DNA from: Bispira polyomma
Taxonomy: Eukaryota
Assembly (NCBI GenBank): GCA_965649765.1
Contig: OZ287748.1
Location: 43,524,001-43,588,000 of the forward strand
Direction: 5' to 3'
Length of the DNA stretch: 64,000 bases
The notes beneath the pieces are model-generated. The model made no database searches, was not told the origin of the DNA, and saw only the letters and a program-made list of their open reading frames with translations. Both the position numbers and the translations under genes were made by a program. Below, piece after piece: positions 25,971-38,900 of this stretch (positions are counted from its first letter, which is position 1; each line of letters begins with the position of its first letter).

Positions 25971-25976
25971 CTACAA

Positions 25977-28945
25977 TTATATAGCATAATTAAGATTGAA
26001 GAAATCTAGTGGTATATGTTTGTAACAATACTGACTAAGTTCTTTCATTACTTGGCCACTAGGTGGCTTACTTGAGTAAATACGAGATAAAGCATCTGCC
26101 TTAACATTTTGTTTTCCCTTAATGTGCTGTATGTGCAATGTAATGTCGAAACTTGAAGTTAGTAACCATATGTTCCTTATACATGTGGCTAAGAATGAAT
26201 CTTTAGTTTTACCCGTGTCAACAACTAACACCACCGCCAGATTGTCGCATCTTACTGTGACTCTCTGGTGGGCCCAGTGCTTACCCCAAAGCCTTAGGGC
26301 TATAATGATATTCAACATTTCTAGTTGAGTAATTGCAAGGTCACGCCCATAAATGTTATGTATCGGTGTAGCGTAAACTTCCTTGTTCCAGATACCGCCG
26401 AAACCTGTCAGGCAAGCATCCAAGTGAAACTCTTGCATATTTGGTATATCTGTAGGTGATATGTATGTTATGCCGTTAAAGTGAGGTAAGAACGAAATGA
26501 ACCATGTGATGTCTTGTCTGATATTATTGGTGATTTTGAATCTCTTGACACCTGGATTGTCTCTAAAGACAGCCAGTAATCTATTAACAAATGTCCTTGC
26601 AGGCTTGACGCACTTATGAATATATAGTAGCTTTCCTAACATGCTCTGGTATTTGGTACGTGAAAGCCAGGTTTTGGTGATAATATGCTGCAGTTCTTGG
26701 TAAATTTGGTCAATCTTATCTTGGTTGATGCTGATGGTGCCCTTAATGATATCATTGTCAATGCCTAGAAAAGTCATGAATGTGCCAGGAGTAACAGATT
26801 TCTCGTCATTGATTGGAAGACCTAATTTGTTCAAAATGTTATGTAGGATAGTGTAACCTGCACTTGCCTTACTTCTGGTACATACGCAGGCGTAATCGTC
26901 TATGTAACAAAACAAAGTAAACCCATGTGATCTCATATAATCAGCAATAATATCTGAGCAACGCTGGAACGCCGCACTGCCGTGGGCTCAGCCAAACGCC
27001 ATGGCAGCGTCGACGTAGTAGTTACTATCCCAATTTATGCCCAACTTTATGGCATCTACGGGGTCTACCCTCAGGTTACGGAAAGCTCGTGAGACATCTG
27101 TTTTAAATACTACTGGGTCATTAATGTCTCTGATTTCCTTAGTGATATGGTCAATTGTGGGGAATCTAAGTACAAACTTTGTGTTATCAAAAGAATCCCT
27201 GACTACTTGGCTGTTGACAGATAAGTTATGTGGGTAGGAAAGATTGAGTATCACTCTACGTTTACCTAAGTCTTTTGGCCTAGTTAACAACGGTGAAGAA
27301 TGGAAATGTGTATCATTGATTGTGCTAACTGGGCCCAACATGGCACCCTTGGACTTTTCCTTTTCAAGATATTGAAGCACCTCTAGAGGGTATTGTATTG
27401 CAGATTGGTGATTAATGCTGTTGCTATTATGAAGTAACTTAGGATCATCTAAGGAGAGGGGAAACCCAAACTTTATGTATTGTAAGAGCAACTTATCAGA
27501 GTGGTGAAGCAGAAGTTCTTCCCACGCTGCCACATTAAGACCATACTTAAGTGGTATCCTAGCTGATCGATAATTGGGTAATCCTGTATCTCTTATTATC
27601 TCAGCAGTGTGAAACATATCGTCAACACTGTTGATAGCTATAGGCTCCCTGTCTGGGCCAATAAATTCATAATCTGTATTGGAAAGTCTAATGAATCCTA
27701 CTGTACCTATATCATAATGAACATCTGTTGTCTCAGTTTTCGAAGAAGAGCGACTTACCTTATCTCAGTTTTCGAAGAAGAGCGACTTACCTTAGCCTTA
27801 AGTGTAACATTACACGTATAAGCATGATCAATGACTGGATTATGAGTATGGTCGACCGACCAACCCATAATGTTCTCTTGAGCCACACGGACGGACGTCG
27901 AGTTAGTAATGTTAACATTATGTGTTAGAACATTTTTACCATTTATGGGTGCATTATGACTAGCACTTTGGTTGTCATCACATTCAGTTAATTTATCTAT
28001 TATGTTCTCAATATGTTGTGTGTAACCACAACCATAAACTTTACTGCACTCGCAGTCTCTGTTGTAATAATAGTAAGCCAGTTCAGCTTGTTCTTTTTGA
28101 GCACTATTATATTGTTGATACGCCCATTGGGCTGGATTTATTGTGACAACCATTTCTGTAACACATAAAATTTGCAAAAACTCGATAGGAATTTCAGTTA
28201 CTTTCCTGTAGAAAATAGTGCCATCTGTCCAATTATACTCCTGACAACAAAAACTCGAGGCAGCTTCAAGACCATGCACTTTAAAGTGTATGACATTCTG
28301 AATTCCGAGACTACTTTCCATTAACCAGTTACAAACTGATGCTGTGGCAGTGTATGTCAGTAAACCACATGTGCCCTTACTATCAGCTGTCTGTGCAGCT
28401 TGCACTTCATTATTTACATAGCATCTAGTATCAGCACTTATGTTACATGAATTAGCTGCACCCTTAACTACCTGGTTACTGTTAGTGTAACAAATGTTAT
28501 TGTCAAGAAAAGGTTTAGCGCTGTCATATCCAGAGCTACCTGCATCTGCCATCTCCTCAGTGGAAGACTGCTGAGCCACAGGCTGACTGTCTCTGTAAGT
28601 ATTAATACGTGCAATACTGAGTGAACAATCTGAAAAACTCATGTGATTGTCAGTATTAACATACTTATGATCTATTAACTGAGCTGTATTTATAATCCTA
28701 TCATAATTGCCAATATCTAATTCCTGTAAATTAGCATTATTTTCTTTCTCTTCTATGACAATTTGACTATCACTGCTCATAATGTTCTCATCTAAAGCTT
28801 TATTGTTTAAAGTCCAACATTTAACACTACTGTCTGATTCATTACTAGCATCTACTAAGTCTACTTCATTAACACCTTTACACACATTACTGCCATAATA
28901 CCCGCACTCTCTGATTGTTCTACTAGTTAGTTGCTGACAAACTTC
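25977..28945 (-). pseudogene. pol: Element 2 pol (long N-terminal extension, RT, RNase H); disrupted by a 32-bp tandem duplication (27731-27794) and one TGA (26988-26990)
   Basis: Motifs RVILNLSYP..SVN, KTDVSRAF, AFG*AHG, YIDDY, LDAC, CDNLAVV and ADALSR. Removing one 32-bp copy joins ORF 28885 to the RT frame. Confidence 0.9.
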
Positions 28946-30136
28946 CTATTCCTTCTGATTAAACCCCTGCCCCTGCTGTTTAGGTACACTATTTTTTTCA
29001 CACTTAGCTGCTGAGTGAGGTAGTTCTTTGTTCAACATTCTGCTACAGTTGGAACACACATGTTTATATTGCCCATGGTCCCCCTCATGGTGACACTTGC
29101 CTAGATTGAAATATTTACAAATCATTTTACCCCTACTATTGCCCGGCCCTTGAGTTTGCTGCGAATTTTGGGTATTTACTAATGTGAGTTGTGATACGTT
29201 CATACGTGATAATGCCCACTGTGTAGCGTCTTCCCATGTGAGACGCCCCTCTTCGACCTCCTGCATGTTGGCTGCCCATGCAGCCCTAACAGCCGACCAT
29301 GGGAGAGAGGAAGCATCACGTAGCGAATATATAACTTGATTTAACATCTGTTTGAGCAACACTGGGTCCTGTACTTGTGAGATATTAAAAAGCTGACCTG
29401 CCGCCCATTGGGGCAGCGTCAGCTCATCAAAGTTAGGCCGCTTTCGTGTGGCTACTCCCACACAGCCCTCGTTGGGCCATCTAAGTTGTGGTTCAGCTCC
29501 CGCTATGTCCGTAGTGTTATAACGACCCGATTTTTTCCTTGTAGCCGTCTTACCTTGAATAATGTCACTCCTTAATAGTGCATCATAACTGGCCAGACGC
29601 TCATTCACGGCAGCCGTCACTTCAGGTAATGAGCGTAGCACGTCGACCCGGGGAATGATCCCATCCCGTTGATAATCTTGGTGTCCGGATTGGAGGGGAG
29701 CATGGCTGACTAGACCCCGTGTGTGATCTCTGAGGGGGGGAGGTAACGCAAAATCTGTTGCCTGTCTGTGGTCCGTTATTGAACCATTGCGAGAAGCCCC
29801 TGTAGGAGAACCTAGGGGAGTTGAATTACACGAGCCACGGGCCTCCACCCGGTCCAGACGTTTATGTATATCTGCATTAGCTGATTCAAGCTTTTTTAAG
29901 ACGGATAGGACTTCACCCATACTCGACTGCACAGAAGTTGTATCGGGGACTGTAGCCGCTTCCACTAGCACACTTTGAAGATTTAAAGCCAAGGGGTCAG
30001 AATTAGTAACAATAGTACCTTGTCTAAGTTGGCCATTCACACTATTTGGCTTTCTAACCGTCGTCTTCTTTTTCCCCTGTTGAGGCACGCTAACTGGTGT
30101 TTTCTTTGTCCTTCCCATGACACACAAATTAAACAC
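28946..30136 (-). CDS. gag: Element 2 gag-like ORF1 (probable ATG at ~30118, MGRTKK)
   Basis: 396-aa ORF with a coiled-coil, WPNE, WAAG and C-terminal CKYFNLGKC..H..H.C..C..H..C. Located directly after A1. Confidence 0.88.
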   Translation of the reverse strand: MFNLCVMGRTKKTPVSVPQQGKKKTTVRKPNSVNGQLRQGTIVTNSDPLALNLQSVLVEAATVPDTTSVQSSMGEVLSVLKKLESANADIHKRLDRVEARGSCNSTPLGSPTGASRNGSITDHRQATDFALPPPLRDHTRGLVSHAPLQSGHQDYQRDGIIPRVDVLRSLPEVTAAVNERLASYDALLRSDIIQGKTATRKKSGRYNTTDIAGAEPQLRWPNEGCVGVATRKRPNFDELTLPQWAAGQLFNISQVQDPVLLKQMLNQVIYSLRDASSLPWSAVRAAWAANMQEVEEGRLTWEDATQWALSRMNVSQLTLVNTQNSQQTQGPGNSRGKMICKYFNLGKCHHEGDHGQYKHVCSNCSRMLNKELPHSAAKCEKNSVPKQQGQGFNQKE

Positions 30137-30157
30137 TCAATCAGTTAAAATCAGTTT

Positions 30158-30377
30158 AATTAAAAAGAAATAAATTTTCCACTTGTTGATGGATGTAAAC
30201 ATAAATGTAAAATGGTGGAATGCAAAGGGAAGGCTATCCTCAAAGACAGGGTAGCTATATGATTGGCTAATCGTGATAGAGAGAAGAGGGGGATAACAGA
30301 GTGAACCTAGCTAATTAAGGTTATACATAAATAAAGTCGAACTGAACCAGCAGACCCCTCCATGGTCGTGCTAAGCA
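30158..30377 (-). repeat. Element 2 repeat A1
   Basis: Matches 24588-24807. Confidence 0.92.
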
Positions 30378-31189
30378 AAGTTGTCATTTTCTTTTCATAC
30401 AACGAAACAAGTGGATGTATAATACATAGTATTATATACAATGTAATATAAAGAAAGTAAACATTTCTTAAAACCTTTTTCAGGTTAAAAATTCATATAG
30501 ATTTTGGCTAAGCTCCAATTAATAGTATGTCAGCCGCGAGTCATGCATGTCTTATTAAGTACTTGTTTACACCAAGTATAATTTACTTCCTCATTTAAAA
30601 AAAAACAACATTGGTTTACACTGACTTGGTATATTTTTGTTGTTGTAATGTTATGTTTGTGTTGAATACCTTTCAAAGTTAACAGGCTGTAACCAAGTTA
30701 TTATCTAAAAGCCTTCAAATGGATTACTTATCTATTGACAAGTAATATTTGTTAATTTTATATCAGACACATTGGAAATTTGATGGATGATTTTAATTGA
30801 TCACTGGAGTCATACAGTAACCTAGCCAAACCACGTCACTGTGAGTAAAAATTTGTGTCTTCATTCATGCAATTCTTATAAAAATGTAGTAAAACTTAAA
30901 ACCATATTACTTTGCATTTCTATGTTCTTATACTCAGATTATTAAGGTAAGAAAAATGATAAAAAATTTAAATGTAGATCCAGGTAATGTTTAGATCAGT
31001 TTGGCATCACTTCATCAGCTGACATAAAACTTTTTTACAAAACTGAAGTACCCAATTTTCGTTGCACATCTTAACTAAACAAAAAAACTGTATTTTGTGC
31101 CAGTTTTCTTTATAGATTTTTCGACAGGGAATTATGAAAGTTATATAGATTAATATACGACATAATACAGTATATCGAGCATGTAAATA

Positions 31190-34100
31190 TTCTAGGGCTT
31201 CTGATGCTTGTAAACTTTGAGAAGGCTTTTGATTCTCTTTCATGGAGGTTCCTATATTCAGTATTAAAATTCTTAGGTTTTGGTCATAGTATGATACGTT
31301 GGATTAAAACTTTCAATAAAAATATTAAGGCAACTGTGATGCAATGTGGTATATTGTCTGATTTTAAACGGTTAAAAAAGGTTACAGGCGACCCAATAGC
31401 ATCATATTTATTAATTTTCTGTGCACAGATACTAATTCGTATGGTTGAGCAAAACGAAAGTATTAAAGGAATAACAATTGGTCAAAATGAATTAACACAG
31501 TTTGCTGATGACACGACCCTAATGTTAGATGGCACAACTGATTCTCTGTTGGCAGCATTAAATACGTAAGAAATATATGGCTCAATATCAGGTTTAAAAG
31601 TAAACACTGACAAAATACAGTTGATATGGATAGGTAAAAAAAAATATTCAAAAGACAAATTGAATGAAGGTAGAATTTTGAATTGGGGGTTGACCGAATT
31701 CAATTTATTAGAAATAATATTATTAGTTGACTGGGATAATGTTATTGATCTCAACTATAAACTGGTATTAATAAAAGTAGAAAAACTTCAAATATAACTA
31801 TATAATGTTATAAAGAGATCTATATCTTTCATTAAAAATTTCAAGTTTACCATGTTGGGTATATACTCTAATGTCTAAGCTTAATCTATACTTTAATAAA
31901 TACAAGAACTTTTGAAAAGGCAAATCTTTATCAATTTTCTTACGCTTACTAATATAATATTTTCCACTCAATATAACATAATTAATAACATAAAAATATT
32001 TTCTTTCAATAGTGGGTTTACCAAACAGAACATTAAGAATAGCAAGTCTTACAGTAAATGGTACAAGGTTACTTAGCCATATATCTACCTGATTCCAAAA
32101 GTACTTTGCGTCTAAGCAATACTAAAAATAATGCTCTAGGTTATCTACATGGTTACAAATATTACAGTTTGGTGAATCTTTAATTTTCCATAGATGCAGT
32201 TTATAATTACATGCATATACACGGTGTAAAATTTTATACTGTATGCCTAATAAGTACGGATCTAAAATTATTTTATGAGGAAGCAGATACACATCTTTCC
32301 AATCAATTGATTCTAAAAAGGGATAATATTCAACCCATTTGTTTTAACTGGCTGGGGTTGTATATAACCTGATAGCCAAGAACTGGTTTACTTCAGAAGA
32401 TTAACATTGGATATGTCTGATAAGGATTTCTTGGGAATAGTATTTGAAAATATTGAAAAACTCTTTTTTTTTAGTCTTCGATAGTTTACGAAACATATCA
32501 GATAAACAGCTTATAATTTTATTGTATTTCAAATGTGGAATAACAATATTGTATATATCTTCTAGTTCTGTTTTATTCTTAAAAATTTTTAAATCCATAG
32601 TTGAAATATCTCTCACATAAGTAATACCTGTCGCTTCCCAGTCACGATATTCAGTTCCTATAGGCTTATTATCAATTAAGAGTAAAGGATTATAAAAAAG
32701 ACTTTCTTCTAGCAAGTCATCTAGACTTTCAATGTCGCTTAGAATAAAATCAAACCGTATTCTTAACAAATCAGAATAAAAATGGGACTTAACATTCTTT
32801 TGAATATTTGCAAATAATTGTTTTTTAAGAATTTCCGATTTGGCTAGTCCCATAAGGTTTTCTGCTAAAACCTTCCATTTAGCTTCAATACTGTTATTCA
32901 GTCTCTTGATCCACATAATTTTTGCAGAGTATATAATGTTCTTTGTCGTTATCATTGATAAACCGCCAAGTTCTGGAGGCTGTATTAACATTTGTTTGGA
33001 AATTAAATGTTTTTTCCCGCTCCAAAGAAAGTTGAAGAACATAGAATCTAAATCTGCCAGAAGTTTCTGACTGAATGGCAATACATATGCCAATTGCAAG
33101 AGGTGTGGAATCACTAAAGATTTGATAAAAGTATAAAAAAATAGTAGAAAAATTTTTGAATAGTTAGATGAGCCGGTATTTAACACCAATAGGGAAAATC
33201 ACAGTATTAATAACTATAATCTTACCCAAAATTTAATCATCTCTTCATGGCTATTCCAAGTCCTAAAATTGAATTGATACGGCAGCTGAACACATATTTC
33301 TATTTGGGATGGTAAACCGGATAAAACCAAAAGAAAACAATTAACCCAGGGATACTTACAAGGAGGATTGAAAATGTTAGATCTCAACTGCTTTATTAAA
33401 GGACTTAAAATATCTTGGCTTCATCGACTGCAATTAAACCATGGAGCTCCTTGGATGAACTTAGTTCCATTTAATCTAGATTCAGTTAATAAAGTACTAT
33501 ATTTTGGGTCTCAGTGGTCTTTGTCAGTTGCTCAAAGAACAGAAAACAAATTTTGCAAGGATGTCCTTGCATCTTGGAGTGATGCTCCAGAAATTGATAA
33601 AAATCCTAAAAGACTTTATGGACCACTATGGTACAATCAAAGTATCTCAAAAACTAACTTTTTTGTTCCACAGCTATACCAAAAGGTTTCACCTGCTGAT
33701 CTTATCACAAATAAAGGAATCTTAATGACCTGGCACTACATAAAGCAGCATTTGAATACATCTGTGGACTTCCTTACCTACCACAGGACACATTTTTCTG
33801 TTAAAGAATATTTGAAAAGTATTGATTTGTCAAAATATCTTAATCAAAGACCATACCTCCATAATCATACCTATTTATTAATTAAATCAAAAAGAGGTAG
33901 TCAAGATTTTTATCGAGTTTTGAATGTTGATGAAGGAACTGATAGTGTAAATTATCTCAACAAGTGGGTAAGAGAGCTGATGATAACAATAGATCAAAAT
34001 TCATGGAAAAACATACATAAAATAATCTTTACTTCTATTCAGGATAATGCTTTAATTTGGTTCCAATATAAAATTATATACAGATTATTAGGTACAAAGT

Positions 34101-34500
34101 AGTTTCGGCACAAAATTAATCAATCTGAAAGTTCTGAATGTTCTCTCTGTGGCCAGCATGAAGAAACTATCCTACATTTATTTACCTGCTGTGAAAAAAG
34201 CATTAACTTTTGGAATAATATTAAAATATGGCTTAAATGATCAATAGATAAAAATATTGATATTTTGCCTGGCACCGTTTGTACCAAATGCTCCTTTAAA
34301 TTGCATCTACATCACAGCAAAACAATATATTTTCCATTGTTCTAGAAAGAATGTACAATTAATATTTTAGAATATCAAGGTCAACTGAGGTCAAAATTTC
34401 TTGACCAGAGTCACCTATCCAAAATTGAAATGCGTAACAAAGAATTTAAGAAAACATGGTCAGTGTTTGCTAACCCTTTTGACGAAATTGAATATGTAAT
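31190..34500 (+). mobile_element. Degenerate 5'-truncated L1/Tx1-like LINE ORF2 (RT to C-terminal Zn finger), interrupted at ~31790-33130
   Basis: Motifs NFEKAFDSLSW, GDPIAS, QFADD, LTPIGKITV, GGLKM, LWYN, WFQYKIIYRLL and CSLC...ETILHLF. Confidence 0.85.
31790..33130 (-). mobile_element. Second L1/Tx1-like LINE 3' fragment inserted antisense into the first
   Basis: ORF 32401-33189 has IKSLVIP, FNFLWSGK, GGLSM and LFYNP, with C-terminal C.IC...D.L.H. Similar agtagaaaaa sequences occur on both flanks. Confidence 0.8.
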
Positions 34501-35901
34501 ATAATATTATTGAACAAGAAAGTTTTGTAACCTGATATTGCTGGTTCATTAATAATTAGTCTGAAAGGTACTTATACCATTAATATATACTTGAGCCTTT
34601 ATAATGTGTTTAAATGGAATTTATGTGATAATTATTGTTAATCTGCAAAATAATGTGTACCAGTCTCATTTTTTTATGTAGTATATAGTATGACTCATAC
34701 TGTGTATGAGATATTTTGTAAGACCTCAATAGGGGGTTGACTACCAATTGTGAAAATTATAGAAATCTAATATGGGTCTACCTAAGTTCATAATTAATTA
34801 CTTTGATATAACATATACATCGCAATTTTTCTGTGCTTTGCCATCTCACCTAAAAATGATGCAAATACATTGAACATAAGTTTAATTTTAAATTAATATA
34901 TTGGTTAAAATTTAAAGAAAATATATGATAATGCTTTTTAAGACTGCAAGTATATTTATAGAATCATACAAGAAATTATTCTTCTGATCTTATATGTTAT
35001 TTAAAGTCACTATAAACTGATGTAAATAAGTTATGATTACAAACACAGGCTCACGAGCGTGTTAAATATGACAACCCCCTTCATGCACAAAGAAAAGACT
35101 ACTGCAGAATAACTGGGCTCTTGCAAAAAAGGCATGTACAACTTCACCCTGATTTAGTTTCTAAGTAGGATTTACATCACTTCAAGCTTTCCTTGTGTCA
35201 TATCATAACAGGATTATTGATAGATGAAATCAGAGCAAGGTAGTTAGTCATTCTTTTCTACTCTGGAAACTACCAACCTTCAGCAAGTCTATTGCCAACT
35301 TTCCCATATGCACAACAGTACCAAGATTAAAAACCCACAACTGCAGATGAGGAATGCAAGTGTGTTACCACTACACCACCAAGTGTGGTACACTACTGTA
35401 TTAAACAATATTATAATAATTGGTACATATTTCCTAATTGGTACAGGTTACAAAAAATCAGTTTGTCAATGAAAGTAGTACACTTCTAACAACATTTGAA
35501 ATTTGTCCGTTCTTGCCACATTTGCATAGGTTTAATAGGTCAAATTAATTAAGATTAAATTGTTTGTTTTTTTTTTGTTTGCAGCTTTATTTGGCAATTA
35601 CTTAAAAAAGACGGTCTTTAAACTATGATTGTTTTTCACACCACCAACTCTATTCCAATGCCAATATCAACACCAGATTTTGTATACTGAGACTAACTGA
35701 ATGTGTGGACACAAGTATGATCGATTAAAACTTTGGGTTTCCCAATATTATTAAAGACTGTAATACACAATTGAAGTGTTTTTATTGTATTTTAATCATA
35801 TGGTATTTTTAAGAGACAAAGTTTGTAAGAGTTCAAGGCAAAGTTTATTAGATTTCACGAAAAAGTTAAATTTATTAGGTCTGTGTTTATATTTTGTAGA
35901 C

Positions 35902-38900
35902 ATGGAGAAGTTAATAATACATTTGTGTTATCTCTTGATTTTGTCGGAATCACTAAAAGGTTAGTCATACACAAACAAATGTTTACATTTTATCTATATT
36001 GTCTGCTGGATCCATAGTGAGCTCATACTTGATAGGAGGAGAAATACAAAATGAGGTATAGGAGGAGAAATGCAAATGCTTAAGCAAATTTAGATCAATG
36101 CATGATTATGTATGTAAAACTGAGTTGTTATGTTTTATGGTGGGAGACTTAGGTTAGAGGGAAAGGTGAAAAAAATACATTACACACTTTTGCAATGTTT
36201 GGTCCCACCTGGACCTGTTTTTCACATTGCCAAAAGTTGGGCTAATCTTACAATATTAGCAGTTTGACTACCTGACCATTTACCAGGTGGTTCTTGTATT
36301 GTTGTAGTATACCTTCCTGTAAGTTTTCAACCAGAAAGTGTTAAAGACGAGAAAATAAATGTTTTTCTACACAAGAGTTTGAACACTTACCAATAAACTA
36401 AACTATCTTTCAGTAGAAAATTCATTAAAGGTCTCTTGTGATAAAGTGAATTCTTTTATGTTGTGAAATGAACCATATTGAGATATTATAGATATGAATG
36501 GGATTTTTAGAACTTTAACTTTTTGCTTATTCAGTTACAATAAAATAACTTAATTGGCTGATATTCATTGTATTTACTGCAATGTTATATTTCATACATA
36601 TCTTTGTAAAAGTTGTTATTTGACAATAGTGGCAGAACATAATACATTCATATGTATGTATTTTATAGCATGTGATGAGTCCAACTGCCAATTTACAACA
36701 ACATACACTGAGGACAGTGGATGGACAAATAAAGTCATGACGTGTTCCACTGCATCATATGTGATAGAGATTCGACTAATTAAGGAAAGTTGCCACTCTG
36801 TCTATCGTGATGTTACATCTCAACAGCTAAACATTGTCAAAAGGTTGTGTAATACACATAACAGATGTGATATTTCTGATGATGACATTACTAGAGAATT
36901 AAAAAGCAGTTGCCAGTATAATGTTCAGATAATTGCAATACAGTATACATGTAAGCAAGGTGTGTAGCAACATAAATTTATTGTTTACTTTTTTGTAAAA
37001 TAAGCATGGGCAGAAATACTATATTTTTTAAACATAAAATTTTTGAAACCTGAAATCTAACTTATTTTATTATAATAACACAAATATTGCTGTGATATTT
37101 TTGGTAGATTAAGTATTGGCAGGAATATTGTCTAAACCATGTTTGAACTCAATATTGACTAAAATTGACAACAAATTAAAATAACTATTTTTGCATATTA
37201 AATCAAGAATCAATTTTTATTTAATTGCTGTTGTCTATTATGTAAACATATATAAGTACAACATTAAATAATATACAAAATATTAATGCTGATCTAAACA
37301 CATCCAAAACAGCAAGTTAAATGCTTTATGTCTAAAAGTGTTACAGAAATTGATGTATTTCATAAATTACTTTTGTTTATTCTGATTTTAGAAGCTATGC
37401 CAACTTCTCTGGTTAAAAAGTACATTTACAATATATTTTGAGCCAGCACTAAACAGTGTATTATATTTCTATGACATTTTTCTATGACGTTGCTCAGACA
37501 AAAAAAAACATTTAGTGAAGACTTATATTTTAACTGCTTATTTAACCTGTAAACATTAATAGAGCAGTGTTCAGATAATATACCTACCCAATACTGGTTC
37601 ATTATGCCATTAGCCCATAGTGATGGGACACAAGACATGTTGAACGCAACATCAAACTTCAAATGTAAACTAAGTATGCTAATTACTGATATTAAAATGC
37701 AAACAGGAGATTAAACCTCTAATTTACATTTAACTAAGTCATTCACGATTAGTTTGAAGCATTTCTGTGTCCTCAGACATCAGATGTCATTGACCTAATT
37801 TCATGTAGTTAAATAACTACAAAATCTTACATGTCCCTGAATGGATCTCATTTGTTGTACATGTACTTTAATTAATAGTATCTGTGTCCATGTAATGGTA
37901 ACCTACATGTATATGGATCTATGCGCTGCTTTTGACACTATTGACCATCACATTCTACCGCACTGCCTTGCTTCTTGGTATGGTTTAAGTGGTTCTGTCC
38001 TTGCTTGGTTCAATTCCTATTTAGTCAATAGATATCAAGCAGTTAAAATGGGTTATCTTTTTCCGACTTTATTTAGTTCGAATTCGGTGTCCCTCTGGGT
38101 TCAGATCTCCACCCAATCCTTTTCTCATTATATACAGAACCACTCGCTTTATCAATGCATCTAGTTCAATTAAATATCACTTTTATGCTGAAGATACCCA
38201 GTTATACATTCACCTCTCATCATCACTTAAACTGCTTTGATACGATTAAAACCTGCCTTAAAGAGGATGTTATCAAATAAGCTCAAGCTTAATCCTGACA
38301 AAACAGAATTTATTGCCTTTGGCACAAGTATACAACATACCAAATTATCGAGTTTTTTTCTAATAAACATTCTTGAGAATATTATATTACTCTCAGATGT
38401 TGTACGTAATGCTGGAGTAATGTTTGACGTTGATTTTTCGTCCAGCAAACATGTCACTGCTGTCTGTGAATCCTGTTTAGTCAGTCTGAAAGATCTCAGA
38501 CAAAACAGACCGCTATTTGTCACGGGATACAGCTGTGTTTTTGGCTAATGCACTTGTAAGCAGTCTCATTGACTATTGTAACTCATAGTTAAGCAGTTTC
38601 TCTACCAACGACATGTCTTGCCTTCAGGCAATACAGAATGAGCTGGATTTGTATACCCACTCATACATCGAAGTATTCCCATGTATCTGTTCCAAAATAT
38701 TTACACTTGCCTGATGTTAAATTTTGATGTATGTTCAAAACTGCCACATTGGTCTTCAAGTCTGTCAATACGGGCCTCCCAAATATGGCAATAGTTCATA
38801 TCTCACCCCTTAGTCTGGTAATCCTAACAAATTCATTCTCAATTTCCCTACCTTTGATCGCTGCATACACAGATCAAAAGTCCATTTTAATCATAGTTTC

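Larger units (their letters stand above)
24016..30382 (-). mobile_element. Ngaro-like YR retrotransposon, element 2, full length and nearly intact
   Basis: A1 30158-30377 matches A2 24588-24807 (220 bp, ~3 mismatches). B1 24808-24985 matches B2 24016-24193 (178 bp). gag, pol and YR are on the minus strand. The AACT core occurs at both ends and at the B1/A2 junction. Confidence 0.95.

Noticed and set aside
25373-29978. Short antisense ORFs overlapping element 2 genes
   Set aside because: Shadow ORFs of the coding strand with no motifs.
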